A stretch of 32,000 nucleotides of DNA from Prochlorococcus marinus subsp. pastoris str. CCMP1986 (GTDB lineage Bacteria; Cyanobacteriota; Cyanobacteriia; PCC-6307; Cyanobiaceae). A program made the translations under genes and the position numbers. Positions within the stretch are counted from its first letter, which is position 1, and every line of letters starts with the position of its first letter. The stretch spans positions 1,200,001-1,232,000 of the forward strand of contig NC_005072.1 of NCBI RefSeq assembly GCF_000011465.1, in the 5' to 3' direction. Positions 14,875 through 24,072 of this stretch are shown in pieces. A model generated the notes under the pieces. The model made no database searches, was not told where the DNA came from, and saw only the letters and a program-made list of their open reading frames with translations.

Positions 14875-16288
14875 CGAAGTTAAGAACATCTGTTGCATTG
14901 GCGCGGGGTATGTTGGAGGACCAACGATGGCAGTAATTGCCGATAATTGTCCTTCTTTAAAAGTAAATGTAGTTGATATTAACGAAGAAAGGATCAAAAA
15001 ATGGAATGAAAAAGATTTTGACCGACTTCCTATATATGAACCTGGTTTAGCTGAAATAATTAAGAGATGTAGAAATAAAAATCTATTTTTTAGTATAGAT
15101 ATTAAAAAGCATATCGAATCAGCAGATATGATATTCCTTTCGGTAAATACTCCAATAAAAAAAAGTGGTCTTGGTAAAGGTCAAGCAAGTGATTTAAAAT
15201 ATATTGAATCTTCTACAAGAGAAATTGCGAAATATGCCAAAGGAGAGACCATAATCGTCGAAAAAAGCACTTTACCAGTAAGAACAGCCGAAACAATAAA
15301 GAGTATTCTTGAATCTAATGATAAATCGTTCAACAATCAAAAATTTAGTGTACTATCAAATCCTGAATTTCTTGCCGAAGGTACTGCTATTAATGACTTA
15401 GAAAATCCAGATAGAGTTTTAATAGGAGGAGAGAATCCTGAAGCAATTACTGCTTTAGAAGAAATTTATGTAAATTGGGTTGATAAAAATAAAATTTTAA
15501 AAACAAATTTGTGGAGTTCAGAATTATCTAAATTAGTAGCTAATGCATTCTTAGCACAAAGAATAAGTTCTATTAATTCGATATCTGCAATATGTGAAAC
15601 TACAGGTGCTGATATTAATGAAGTTTCTAGAGCAATTGGTATGGACACAAGGATTGGAGAAAAATTCCTAAATGCAGGACCTGGATATGGAGGAAGTTGT
15701 TTCAAAAAAGACATTCTGAATCTTGTTTACTTATCTAAATATTATGGCCTAAATGAAGTTGCTTCATATTGGCAAAAGGTAGTAGATTTAAATGTTTGGC
15801 AACAACATAGAATACGTAAGATAATTGTTAAAAAGTTATTTAATAACCTTACAAGTAAAAAAATTGGAATTATGGGATTTTCTTTTAAAGCAAATACTAA
15901 CGACACTAGAGAATCTCCTGCTATTCAAATATGTAAAGACCTAATTGAAGAAGGCGCAGATTTAAGGATTTATGATCCTAAAGTAAATAAATTCCAAATC
16001 GAAAAAGATCTTGAACAAAATCAATTTAACGATAATGGAGAGGGCTCTTGGACTCTTTGCAAATCAATAAAAGACATCGCTATAGATGCTGATGCAATAG
16101 TAATAGCGACTGAATGGGAAGAATTTAAATCTTTAGATTGGTCTGATATCTCTAGATTAATGAGATCACCTAAATGGTTATTTGATACAAGGGGGATAAC
16201 AAATTCCAAAGATATTAAACAGCATAATATTAATTATTGGAAGATTGGGTTAGGAGATTCATCCTCTAATATAAAATTCAATTTCTAA
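14864..16288 (+). CDS. ugd: UDP-glucose 6-dehydrogenase (long, eukaryote-like form)
   Basis: ICCIGAGYVGGPT Rossmann motif, NPEFLAEGTA, and GGSCFKKD (catalytic Cys). The start at ATG 14864 overlaps the preceding stop by 11 nt. The track start at 14846 adds six residues (MLNALK) with no homology support. Confidence 0.9.
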   Translation: MKDSEVKNICCIGAGYVGGPTMAVIADNCPSLKVNVVDINEERIKKWNEKDFDRLPIYEPGLAEIIKRCRNKNLFFSIDIKKHIESADMIFLSVNTPIKKSGLGKGQASDLKYIESSTREIAKYAKGETIIVEKSTLPVRTAETIKSILESNDKSFNNQKFSVLSNPEFLAEGTAINDLENPDRVLIGGENPEAITALEEIYVNWVDKNKILKTNLWSSELSKLVANAFLAQRISSINSISAICETTGADINEVSRAIGMDTRIGEKFLNAGPGYGGSCFKKDILNLVYLSKYYGLNEVASYWQKVVDLNVWQQHRIRKIIVKKLFNNLTSKKIGIMGFSFKANTNDTRESPAIQICKDLIEEGADLRIYDPKVNKFQIEKDLEQNQFNDNGEGSWTLCKSIKDIAIDADAIVIATEWEEFKSLDWSDISRLMRSPKWLFDTRGITNSKDIKQHNINYWKIGLGDSSSNIKFNF

Positions 16289-16901
16289 CTGATCTCCATA
16301 CAGCTAATAACTTGCCTTGAAAAGTAACTTCATTTAAGTTTAATTCAATAGGATCATAGGCAGGATTTGCTGCTTCTAAATATATCTTCCCATTTCTTTT
16401 AAAGAAATATTTTAAAGTTGTCCCTAAACCAGGAACCAATGCACTTACAATGGTTCCGTTTCTTAAGGAAAATGAATCCTTAATTGGTTCCATCAAAACC
16501 ATATCCCCATCAGCAATACATGCATCGATCATTGAATCGCCATTTACTGTAAGTGCAAAAACATCTTTTTTTCTAAAAATTTCTGAGACATCTAAATTTT
16601 CTTGGAGGTCGGAAAATGTTTCAATTAAGCCACCAGCTGCCACTGAACCCATAATTGGGACTCCCTCAAAGATCTCATCAACTATTTGCATAGTTCTAGC
16701 TTTTCCTTCTTGCCAGGATATATATCCCTTATCTTGCAAATGCCTTAAGCGACTTTGAACAGGGGCTGGAGATTTCAAACCCATAGCTTTCATCATTTGT
16801 CTAATAGAGGGACTATGTTGAAAATCTCGCATATAATTTTTTATCCAGTTAAAAAGCTCATTTTGAGCAGCGGTAAGATCATTATCAATAGAAGGGGGCA
16901 T
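16278..16901 (-). CDS. lexA: LexA repressor
   Basis: N-terminal wHTH (SIRQMMKAMGLKSPAPVQSRLRHLQDKGYI), Ala-Gly cleavage site in VAAGGLIE, GDSM catalytic Ser, and a conserved Lys in FQGKLLAVWR. Confidence 0.92.
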   Translation of the reverse strand: MPPSIDNDLTAAQNELFNWIKNYMRDFQHSPSIRQMMKAMGLKSPAPVQSRLRHLQDKGYISWQEGKARTMQIVDEIFEGVPIMGSVAAGGLIETFSDLQENLDVSEIFRKKDVFALTVNGDSMIDACIADGDMVLMEPIKDSFSLRNGTIVSALVPGLGTTLKYFFKRNGKIYLEAANPAYDPIELNLNEVTFQGKLLAVWRSVRN

Positions 16902-16902
16902 T

Positions 16903-16932
16903 GGAACAAATGTACTCTAATACATTTGTACC
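16903..16932 (-). promoter_or_regulatory. Two tandem LexA-box-like operators immediately upstream of lexA
   Basis: The minus strand reads GGTACAAATGTATT-AG-AGTACATTTGTTCC-A-ATG. The proximal site matches every position of the cyanobacterial consensus RGTACNNNDGTWCB, and the distal site has one mismatch. Confidence 0.6.
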
Positions 16933-16959
16933 TCTTAATATTTAAAATTGCAAGTGACC

Positions 16960-17886
16960 TTAATAAAGAAGGCAGGATAAGAGTGCTTGTTGAACATGCA
17001 TTCTATTTTCTGCTTGATCAAAAATTCTATTTTTTTTACTTTCAAATACTTCATCAGTTATCTCTTTAGATCTATAGGCAGGGAGGCAATGAAGAATAAT
17101 TGCTTCTTTATCAGCCTTACTTACTAAATCATTATCAATAGTGAATCCATTAAAGACTTTATCTTTCTCAGCCTTTTGATTTTCCTCCCCCATTGATGAC
17201 CAAACATCTGTATAAAGAACATTTGCACCAAGAACAGCAGTATCGGGATCATTAGTGATTTTCAATAAATTCCTATTTTTATATATTTCATACGCTTTAT
17301 TGATCACCATAGAGTTGGGTTCATATCCCTTAGGACAGGCAATTCTAACTTCTACTCCTAATAATGCCCCGCACAAAATAAGAGAATTTGCGACATTATT
17401 TCCATCACCTATAAATGTCAAAACCACATCTTTAAAATCAAGAAATTCCTCATAAATTGTTAAAAAATCAGCTAAAGCCTGACATGGATGTTCTAAATCT
17501 GTAAGAGCATTAATAACTGGCTTCGTAGACCACCTTGCATATTCTTCCAAATCTGCATGATTAAAAGTTCTAATCGCAATTACATCACAATATCTGCTTA
17601 GAACTCTTGCAGTATCTTTAATTGGTTCTCCCCTCTCTATCTGTGATGTTGTTGGGTTGAGGTCAATAGTGGTTCCCCCAAGCCTAGACATCGCAACTTG
17701 GAAACTAACCCTTGTACGAGTCGATGATTTATCAAAAATCAAACCTAAGACTTTATTATGTAGATTAATATTTAATTTTTTATTTTTAAATTTTTTAGAA
17801 AGATCTAAAATATGAAAAACTTCATCTGTTGTAATATCCAAGCTTGATAAAAAGTTTTTATTAGCAAGCCTGTTTGGTTTAATCAT
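16960..17886 (-). CDS. argF: Ornithine carbamoyltransferase
   Basis: STRTRVSFQ (carbamoyl-P binding), HPCQALAD, DVWSSMG and HCLPA motifs. Confidence 0.93.
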   Translation of the reverse strand: MIKPNRLANKNFLSSLDITTDEVFHILDLSKKFKNKKLNINLHNKVLGLIFDKSSTRTRVSFQVAMSRLGGTTIDLNPTTSQIERGEPIKDTARVLSRYCDVIAIRTFNHADLEEYARWSTKPVINALTDLEHPCQALADFLTIYEEFLDFKDVVLTFIGDGNNVANSLILCGALLGVEVRIACPKGYEPNSMVINKAYEIYKNRNLLKITNDPDTAVLGANVLYTDVWSSMGEENQKAEKDKVFNGFTIDNDLVSKADKEAIILHCLPAYRSKEITDEVFESKKNRIFDQAENRMHVQQALLSCLLY

Positions 17887-17914
17887 AAATATTTCTAATA
17901 AAATCTAATTTCGA

Positions 17915-19789
17915 CTATGCAGGCATTTTAGTTTCTGCAAGTAGATTCTTTAAATCTTCCCCTTCAATGACTTCTTCTTGAAGAATTTTCTGAGAGATAG
18001 ATTCAAGTAATGGTAAATTATTTCTTAAAATATTCAATGCTGTCTCGTGCGCATCATCAACCAAATCTCTTACCTCTTTATCAATTGCTTGTGCTGTCGC
18101 ATCACTAACTGATCTCCTAGGGTTATTACCATTCCCTAAGAATTGACCACCTCCTTGTTTATCGTAAGCAAGAGGGCCAAGAATATCACTCATTCCAAAG
18201 GTTCCTACCATTTGTTCTGCTATATCAGTTGCCCTTTGAAGATCATTAGAAGCACCCGTAGTTATTTTGCCAAAAACAACCTCTTCTGCCGAGCGTCCAC
18301 CTAGAAGTGTCGCTATCTGACCTTTCAATTCGTCTTTTGAATTAAGAAACCTTTCTTCTGTGGGAAGTTGAAGTGTATATCCCAATGCGCTCATACCTCT
18401 AGGAACAATGGAAATTTTTGCTACTTTTGATCCTCCCGGCATAAGATGTCCAACAATTGCATGACCTACTTCATGATAAGCAACAACTTTTTTCTCATCA
18501 TCCTGAAGAACTCTACTTTTTTTCTCTAGACCTGCGACGACTCTCTCAATTGCTTCACTCAAATCTTGTTGTTCTACACTTTTTCTTTTTGCTCTTGCAG
18601 CTAACAAAGCCGCCTCATTAACCATATTTGCCAGGTCTGCCCCAGCAAAACCACTTGTAGCTTGAGCGATTGAATCTAAATCAATAGTTTCTGCTAATTT
18701 TACTTTTTTGGTATAAATTTCTAAAATTGTTTTTCTACCGGATAAGTCTGGTCTATCTACTAAAACTTGCCTATCAAATCTACCTGGTCTTAATAATGCT
18801 GCATCAAGAACTTCCGGCTGGTTAGTCGCAGCTAAAACTATTACAGGTTTATCAGCTGAAGCAAAACCATCCATTTCAGTAAGCAATTGGTTTAGTGTTT
18901 GCTCTCTTTCATCATTTCCTCCCACTACACCCATTGATCCTGAACGACTCTTACCAATAGCATCTAATTCATCAATAAAGATAATACAGGGAGCTTTCTT
19001 CTTTGCTTGTTCAAACAAATCTCTTACTCTTGCGGCACCAGCTCCTACAAAAAGTTCAACAAATTCAGAACCAGAAATAATGAAGAAAGGAACTTCTGCT
19101 TCTCCTGCAACTGCCTTAGAGAGAAGAGTCTTTCCGGTTCCTGGTGGTCCGACCAATAACACACCTTTTGGGATTCTTGCACCAATATCAGTGTATCTTT
19201 CTGGTTTCTTCAAAAAGTCAACTATTTCTGTTAATTCATCCTTCGCCTCATCAACACCAGCAACATCTTCGAAAGTAACTTTTGATTCATCATCTGGAAC
19301 ATAAACTTTAGCCTTACTTTTCGTAAAACTCAATGCACCTTGAGCACCTCCTCCACCCATACTCCTTCTTGCAAAAAATTGCAGTACCAAGATAAAAATT
19401 AATGGTGGAACTACCCAGCTAAGAATTGTTGAAAAGAAATTTGGTTTTTTAGGGGGAGCTGCCGCGAATTCAACACCTTTACTTTCCAACCTTTGAGGCA
19501 GATCCATATCAAAAATTGGAGTCGTTGCTAATACTGAAGGGGCTCCCTCTTCTGCTCCATTCAGTTCGTATCTAATTTGTTCTTGTGTAATATAAGCTCT
19601 CTTAACTTCACCATCATTTACTTGATCTATAAATAAAGAGTAAGGGACTCTTGGTATTTGCATATTTTGGTTAGGGAACAAGCTGCTGAATAAAAGTAAT
19701 GCTCCGAGTCCAATTAAAATGATATTTACTATTCCAAATCTTCTATTAGGCTGATTATCGTCTTGTCTTATTGGCATGATTAATATCAA
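17915..19789 (-). CDS. ftsH: ATP-dependent zinc metalloprotease FtsH
   Basis: Walker A GPPGTGKT, Walker B IIFIDELD, SRH region, and zinc site HEVGHAI; two N-terminal TM segments. The start could instead be ATG 19777. Confidence 0.95.
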   Translation of the reverse strand: MILIMPIRQDDNQPNRRFGIVNIILIGLGALLLFSSLFPNQNMQIPRVPYSLFIDQVNDGEVKRAYITQEQIRYELNGAEEGAPSVLATTPIFDMDLPQRLESKGVEFAAAPPKKPNFFSTILSWVVPPLIFILVLQFFARRSMGGGGAQGALSFTKSKAKVYVPDDESKVTFEDVAGVDEAKDELTEIVDFLKKPERYTDIGARIPKGVLLVGPPGTGKTLLSKAVAGEAEVPFFIISGSEFVELFVGAGAARVRDLFEQAKKKAPCIIFIDELDAIGKSRSGSMGVVGGNDEREQTLNQLLTEMDGFASADKPVIVLAATNQPEVLDAALLRPGRFDRQVLVDRPDLSGRKTILEIYTKKVKLAETIDLDSIAQATSGFAGADLANMVNEAALLAARAKRKSVEQQDLSEAIERVVAGLEKKSRVLQDDEKKVVAYHEVGHAIVGHLMPGGSKVAKISIVPRGMSALGYTLQLPTEERFLNSKDELKGQIATLLGGRSAEEVVFGKITTGASNDLQRATDIAEQMVGTFGMSDILGPLAYDKQGGGQFLGNGNNPRRSVSDATAQAIDKEVRDLVDDAHETALNILRNNLPLLESISQKILQEEVIEGEDLKNLLAETKMPA

Positions 19790-19891
19790 TTGTGGGTTTA
19801 TTATAAACTAAAAGAACGAGTTCCGTACCTGTATGATTTTTTTTGGGTAAGAACCGAACGGTATTTTAATCAAAAACCACTTCCAAATTTT

Positions 19892-20980
19892 TTAAGTAAT
19901 ACTCTTCACATAAATATCATTACCGATAAAACTAGTTTCAGGTTCATTTAGGTTAAAAACTTCATCCATATCTGTAAATTCAAAATCCGAGAAAGGATTC
20001 ATGCTACTTACTCCTCCTAATATCTTTGGTGCAATAAAAGTCATTAGTTCTTGAATACAACCTGCTTTCATAGCTGAAGTTGCCAACTTAGGTCCACATT
20101 CCCAGAAAACATTATTACAACCTTTTTTTGCTAATAAATTTGAAAGTAATATAGGATTATCAGAGGATAATTTTTCAATCTCTACACCCTCTGGGATTCT
20201 CTTAAGAAATTTCTCATCTGCAGTAGAAGCGTCATATACAACAAGTGTCCTGGCTAATTTACAATCCCACAAATTGGATTTTACTGGCAGGTTTAAAGTT
20301 TTTGTGAATACTACTCTTAAAGGCTCAGGATTTCTTATACCTCGAGAAGTTAAAAAAGGATCGTCTTTTCTTAATGTGTTACCCCCAATAACTATTGCGT
20401 CAAAGGAAGCTCTTAAAGAGTGAACTAATGATCTTGAATCTTTATTTGTAATCCATTTACTTTTACCATTTTTAAGACCAACTCTTCCATCCATACTCAT
20501 TGCCCATTTCATAACCCCATAAGCGTTATCGGTAATATTCTTATGAATAAAAGACTTATTTAGTTCTTTAGATTCTTTTTTACATAATCCAAGGTGAACT
20601 TTAATCCCAGCATCTTTGAGTAATTTAATACCTTTTCCCGACATTCTTTTGTCGGGATCTTCAATAGAGACAAATACTCTCTTTATTCCAAAAGAAATTA
20701 TTTTATCTACACATGGAGGGGTTTTACCTTGATGACAACAAGGTTCGAGGTTAACGTATATTGTCCCATCTCTTGCATCTTTTTTTAAATTATTGAAAGC
20801 CATTGCCTCTGCATGAGGCATTCCTGATTTTGAATGAAATCCTTCTGAGATAAGATTTCCATTTTTATCCAAGATTACTGCTCCAACCATTGGATTAGGA
20901 CTTGTTCTTCCTTTACCTAAAGAAGCCAAATATATGGCTCTTTTCATCCACTTGATGTCAATAATATGGCTTTCTATCAT
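19892..20980 (-). CDS. ribD: Bifunctional riboflavin biosynthesis protein RibD (deaminase/reductase)
   Basis: Deaminase zinc motifs HAE and EPCCHQGKTPPC, with a C-terminal RibD_C-like reductase domain. Confidence 0.9.
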   Translation of the reverse strand: MIESHIIDIKWMKRAIYLASLGKGRTSPNPMVGAVILDKNGNLISEGFHSKSGMPHAEAMAFNNLKKDARDGTIYVNLEPCCHQGKTPPCVDKIISFGIKRVFVSIEDPDKRMSGKGIKLLKDAGIKVHLGLCKKESKELNKSFIHKNITDNAYGVMKWAMSMDGRVGLKNGKSKWITNKDSRSLVHSLRASFDAIVIGGNTLRKDDPFLTSRGIRNPEPLRVVFTKTLNLPVKSNLWDCKLARTLVVYDASTADEKFLKRIPEGVEIEKLSSDNPILLSNLLAKKGCNNVFWECGPKLATSAMKAGCIQELMTFIAPKILGGVSSMNPFSDFEFTDMDEVFNLNEPETSFIGNDIYVKSIT

Positions 20981-20993
20981 CTAAAAAAAATTA

Positions 20994-21494
20994 TTAATCT
21001 AATGATCTCCATTCTTTAACGACGAAAGGAGGAACTGGCAACTCTGAAAAAACACCTGATAAAGATAATCTGAGTGGCCTATTTTTATCAATGTTATTTA
21101 CTAGTTCATTCAAATCAAATTCCGCAGCAGCTTGTCTTCCATCGTTAGCTAATTCAGCATTTAATAATGTTTTGTCATTTAATAACCACTGTTTTCTTCC
21201 AGAATCCACTTGTAACTTTGTTGGATGATCAATCCTAAGATTGCCAGGATATCCAATTACTCTTAGGATCAATTTATCTTCAAAAAATGGCGACTTATAT
21301 GCAACTAGTTGCCATGTTTCAAAATCTAGATCTCTTAAAAACTCACTGCTAGCATTCATTAATTCTCCATTAATTTCTGTTTCTGCTATTTCTGCAAAAA
21401 CCTTAAGTGGATTAAAAACTATAGAAATTAGTATAGAAAAAGGTATTAAAACCTTGAAAAGAATATTCTTATTTAATTTTAAAATTTTCATCAT
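20994..21494 (-). CDS. Conserved hypothetical secreted protein (cyanobacterial type)
   Basis: A 166-aa ORF with an N-terminal signal-like segment (ILFKVLIPFSILISIVFNPLKVFA). It sits 13 nt upstream of ribD on the same strand. No family was assigned. Confidence 0.6.
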   Translation of the reverse strand: MMKILKLNKNILFKVLIPFSILISIVFNPLKVFAEIAETEINGELMNASSEFLRDLDFETWQLVAYKSPFFEDKLILRVIGYPGNLRIDHPTKLQVDSGRKQWLLNDKTLLNAELANDGRQAAAEFDLNELVNNIDKNRPLRLSLSGVFSELPVPPFVVKEWRSLD

Positions 21495-21831
21495 TTTCAG
21501 AATCCATGAGGGCGTCTAGAGTAACTGCTGTTCTAACAAGAGCTTGGTACCTTTTTATGATTTTACGATTTTTTTCTATAACTCGAGATAGATTCACAGT
21601 ATCTTTATCAGAAAAATTCGTTGTTAAATCACCAGAGTCTTCCTCTATTAACTCAAAATTACTTTCTTTGTTAATTAGAGTTAATAATATTTCGTGTAAT
21701 CGCTTTCTCCTGTCTGACAAGTAATTTATTATTATTAATCTATAGATATTAGGATAAATTAATAAAACATACAAATAATTTATAATATTCCTCTTAATAA
21801 AATTATGACTCAGATAATAAGAAAAGTTCAT
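21469..21831 (-). CDS. Hypothetical protein; start uncertain
   Basis: A 120-aa ORF. The only ATG (21831) would overlap the divergent cobL start head-to-head by 27 nt, so a shorter product from TTG 21720 (83 aa) is equally plausible. No motifs were recognised. Confidence 0.35.
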   Translation of the reverse strand: MNFSYYLSHNFIKRNIINYLYVLLIYPNIYRLIIINYLSDRRKRLHEILLTLINKESNFELIEEDSGDLTTNFSDKDTVNLSRVIEKNRKIIKRYQALVRTAVTLDALMDSENDENFKIK

Positions 21832-23085
21832 GTGATAGGAATTAATTCTTTTGAATTTAACGAGCTACCTTTCAAATTACAAAAATTATTTATAGAAACA
21901 GAAAATATTGCCGTTCCAGATTCATACTTTGCAAATATTAAATTATGGGCCAAAAATAATGCAAAAAATGAAAAGTTATTCTTCGCTAGCAGAAGTGACA
22001 ATAAACTGATTAATTGGCTTAAATCTCAAAAAAGCGACGTAATTTTATTTTCTAGGGGCGATCCTCTTTGGTTTGGTATTGGGAGAATACTTATCGAAAA
22101 CTTTTCAAAAGAAGAATTAAGTTTCTATCCATCAAATACATGTTTTCAATTAGCATTTAGCAAACTAAAAATATCTTGGCAAGAAGCTATTTATGTAAGT
22201 ATTCACGGAAGAGATTCAACTAAATTGATTGAGGTACTAAAAACAAAGCCCTTAAGTCTAGCGATCATTACAGATTCAAAAAACAACGGATTAGAAATAA
22301 TTCAAAATAATTTATTAGAGTTAAATCTAGAGAATCTTTACGAATTTTGGATTTGTGAGGAAATAGGTTTTAAAAATGAAAAGATCAGAAAATTTAACCT
22401 CAAAGAAAAATTACCATCTGACATTTCTAATTTGAATATTGCTGTTCTTCTGAGAAAAGAAAAAGATCATGTAGAAACTGATATCCCTTTATTTGGATTA
22501 AAAGATGATACTTTTAAAACTTTTGAAGACAGACCAAATTTATTAACAAAAAGGGAAGTTAGAATTCAAATTTTGGCTGATTTAGAGTTACCAGAAAATG
22601 GCACAATTTGGGATATTGGAGCAGGTTGCGGCTCCATTGGTTTAGAAGCATTAAAATTAAGGCCTAATTTAAAATTATTTTGTATTGATAAAAGAATTGG
22701 CTCAAAAGAGTTAATCTCAGAAAATGCAAGAAGATTAGGAGTTTCCCCTAAAGATATTTTTGAAGAAGATGTAAATAATTTATTTAATTCCAATAATATT
22801 AATTCTTTGAGAGAGGCTAAGAGAATAATTATTGGTGGCTGTGATAAAAAGACTAAGCTTCGAATTATTAATGAATTGTCTATACATATGAACTGTGGAG
22901 ATATTGTTGCTATTCCTTTAATAGATATCCAAACCATTAAAGATCTAAGAGATACCTTAAAAGGAAATAATTTCGAAGTGAATTTAAATCTTATCCAGAC
23001 TTATAAAAGCTTAAGTATTTCAGAAGGAATAAGAATGGATCCAAATAATCCTGTATTTTTGCTTAGAGGAAGAAAACTTTCTTAA
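21805..23085 (+). CDS. cobL: Precorrin-6Y C5,15-methyltransferase (decarboxylating), CbiE/CbiT fusion
   Basis: N-terminal tetrapyrrole methylase-like domain (SRGDPLWFGIG), with a C-terminal CbiT-like SAM domain (LTKREVRIQILADLELPENGTIWDIGAGCGSIGLEA). Confidence 0.85.
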   Translation: MTQIIRKVHVIGINSFEFNELPFKLQKLFIETENIAVPDSYFANIKLWAKNNAKNEKLFFASRSDNKLINWLKSQKSDVILFSRGDPLWFGIGRILIENFSKEELSFYPSNTCFQLAFSKLKISWQEAIYVSIHGRDSTKLIEVLKTKPLSLAIITDSKNNGLEIIQNNLLELNLENLYEFWICEEIGFKNEKIRKFNLKEKLPSDISNLNIAVLLRKEKDHVETDIPLFGLKDDTFKTFEDRPNLLTKREVRIQILADLELPENGTIWDIGAGCGSIGLEALKLRPNLKLFCIDKRIGSKELISENARRLGVSPKDIFEEDVNNLFNSNNINSLREAKRIIIGGCDKKTKLRIINELSIHMNCGDIVAIPLIDIQTIKDLRDTLKGNNFEVNLNLIQTYKSLSISEGIRMDPNNPVFLLRGRKLS

Positions 23086-23092
23086 CTTTAGA

Positions 23093-24001
23093 TTACTTAT
23101 TAGGTTTACCAACATGAGGCAAACCCCAACCTAATTTATTTCTTAATACCTGAAAGAACTCATGATCCTCAAGCCTTATGAACTTAACCGAATGTTTACT
23201 TTTTCTAATTAGAACCCTATCTTCAGGCCAAACATAACAACCTGCATTTCCATCAACCACCATAACTAACCTTTCAGGAGTAGCAGGGAAAACAGTAACT
23301 GGTTCCGAATCATTAAAAACCAAAGCCCTAGAAGCTAATGAATGTGGAGCGATTGGTGTTAATTGCACTACTGGGCAATCGGGTGTAATAACAGGGCCCC
23401 CGGCGCTTAAAGAATAAGCTGTTGAGCCAGTTGGAGTAGAAAGGATGACCCCATCTGCAGATATATCGACTGGAGCATGTCTTCCTATGGAAATTTCAAA
23501 ATGACACATACTCGTCAGAGGTTCTCTATGAAGGGCCATTTCATTCAAACAAAGAGATTCCCATCTTCTTTGCTCATTTCTCATTACGCTAATAATTAAA
23601 CTTTTTCTTTCTTCTATATCCCATTTACCGATAATAAGTTTATCAATTGCTTCCTCTAGATTTGAAAGATATGCTTCCGCAAGAAAACCTAAATGCCCAG
23701 TGTTTATTGTAAGGATTGGAATTTTTGCAGGAGCTGTTTGTCGCGCAGCAGAAAGTACTGTTCCATCTCCACCAAGAACAATCGCAAACTCCATAGAGGA
23801 ATCGAACCCTTCTGGCACACAATTCGAATATCCTAATGGACGCACGTGTTGATCAGGATTGGCAAAGCCAACCATACCTCCAGAACTACTTACTCTTACA
23901 ACTTCATAATTGGATTTTTCCAATTTTTTTTGAACGGAAATTGCAGTTTGAACAGCCAGTTCTTTACCATCATTGACGATTAGTCCAGCTTTACGTACCA
24001 A
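23093..24001 (-). CDS. nadK: NAD(+) kinase
   Basis: GGDGTVL motif, a GHLGFL-type motif ([10 protein letters not shown]), and [16 protein letters not shown]. Confidence 0.92.
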   Translation of the reverse strand: MVRKAGLIVNDGKELAVQTAISVQKKLEKSNYEVVRVSSSGGMVGFANPDQHVRPLGYSNCVPEGFDSSMEFAIVLGGDGTVLSAARQTAPAKIPILTINTGHLGFLAEAYLSNLEEAIDKLIIGKWDIEERKSLIISVMRNEQRRWESLCLNEMALHREPLTSMCHFEISIGRHAPVDISADGVILSTPTGSTAYSLSAGGPVITPDCPVVQLTPIAPHSLASRALVFNDSEPVTVFPATPERLVMVVDGNAGCYVWPEDRVLIRKSKHSVKFIRLEDHEFFQVLRNKLGWGLPHVGKPNK

Positions 24002-24072
24002 TCGATAAATTTAAAACTAATAGTATTTTAAACTAATTTGATAAAGAAACCTAATTTAAAATACTAATCATA

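Noticed and set aside
1-16290. Searched the island for integrase, transposase, IS-element or phage genes that would explain the tRNA association
   Set aside because: No ORF shows integrase (R..H.xR..Y) or DDE transposase character, and no terminal inverted repeats were recognised. Any mobility signature is limited to the tRNA, the tRNA-like fragment and the tandem repeat.
19790-19891. Imperfect inverted repeat (GTTCCGTACC ... GGTAAGAAC) and a TATAAT hexamer in the ribD-ftsH spacer, considered as terminator and promoter
   Set aside because: The stem is interrupted and not followed by a clear U-tract. A single TATAAT in DNA this AT-rich is not discriminating without a mapped transcription start.
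24021-24066. An 11-bp inverted repeat, TAGTATTTTAA ... TTAAAATACTA, between pheS and nadK
   Set aside because: It is almost pure A/T with a 24-nt loop, so the predicted stability is low and chance occurrence is likely in this composition. No adjacent U-tract is present.
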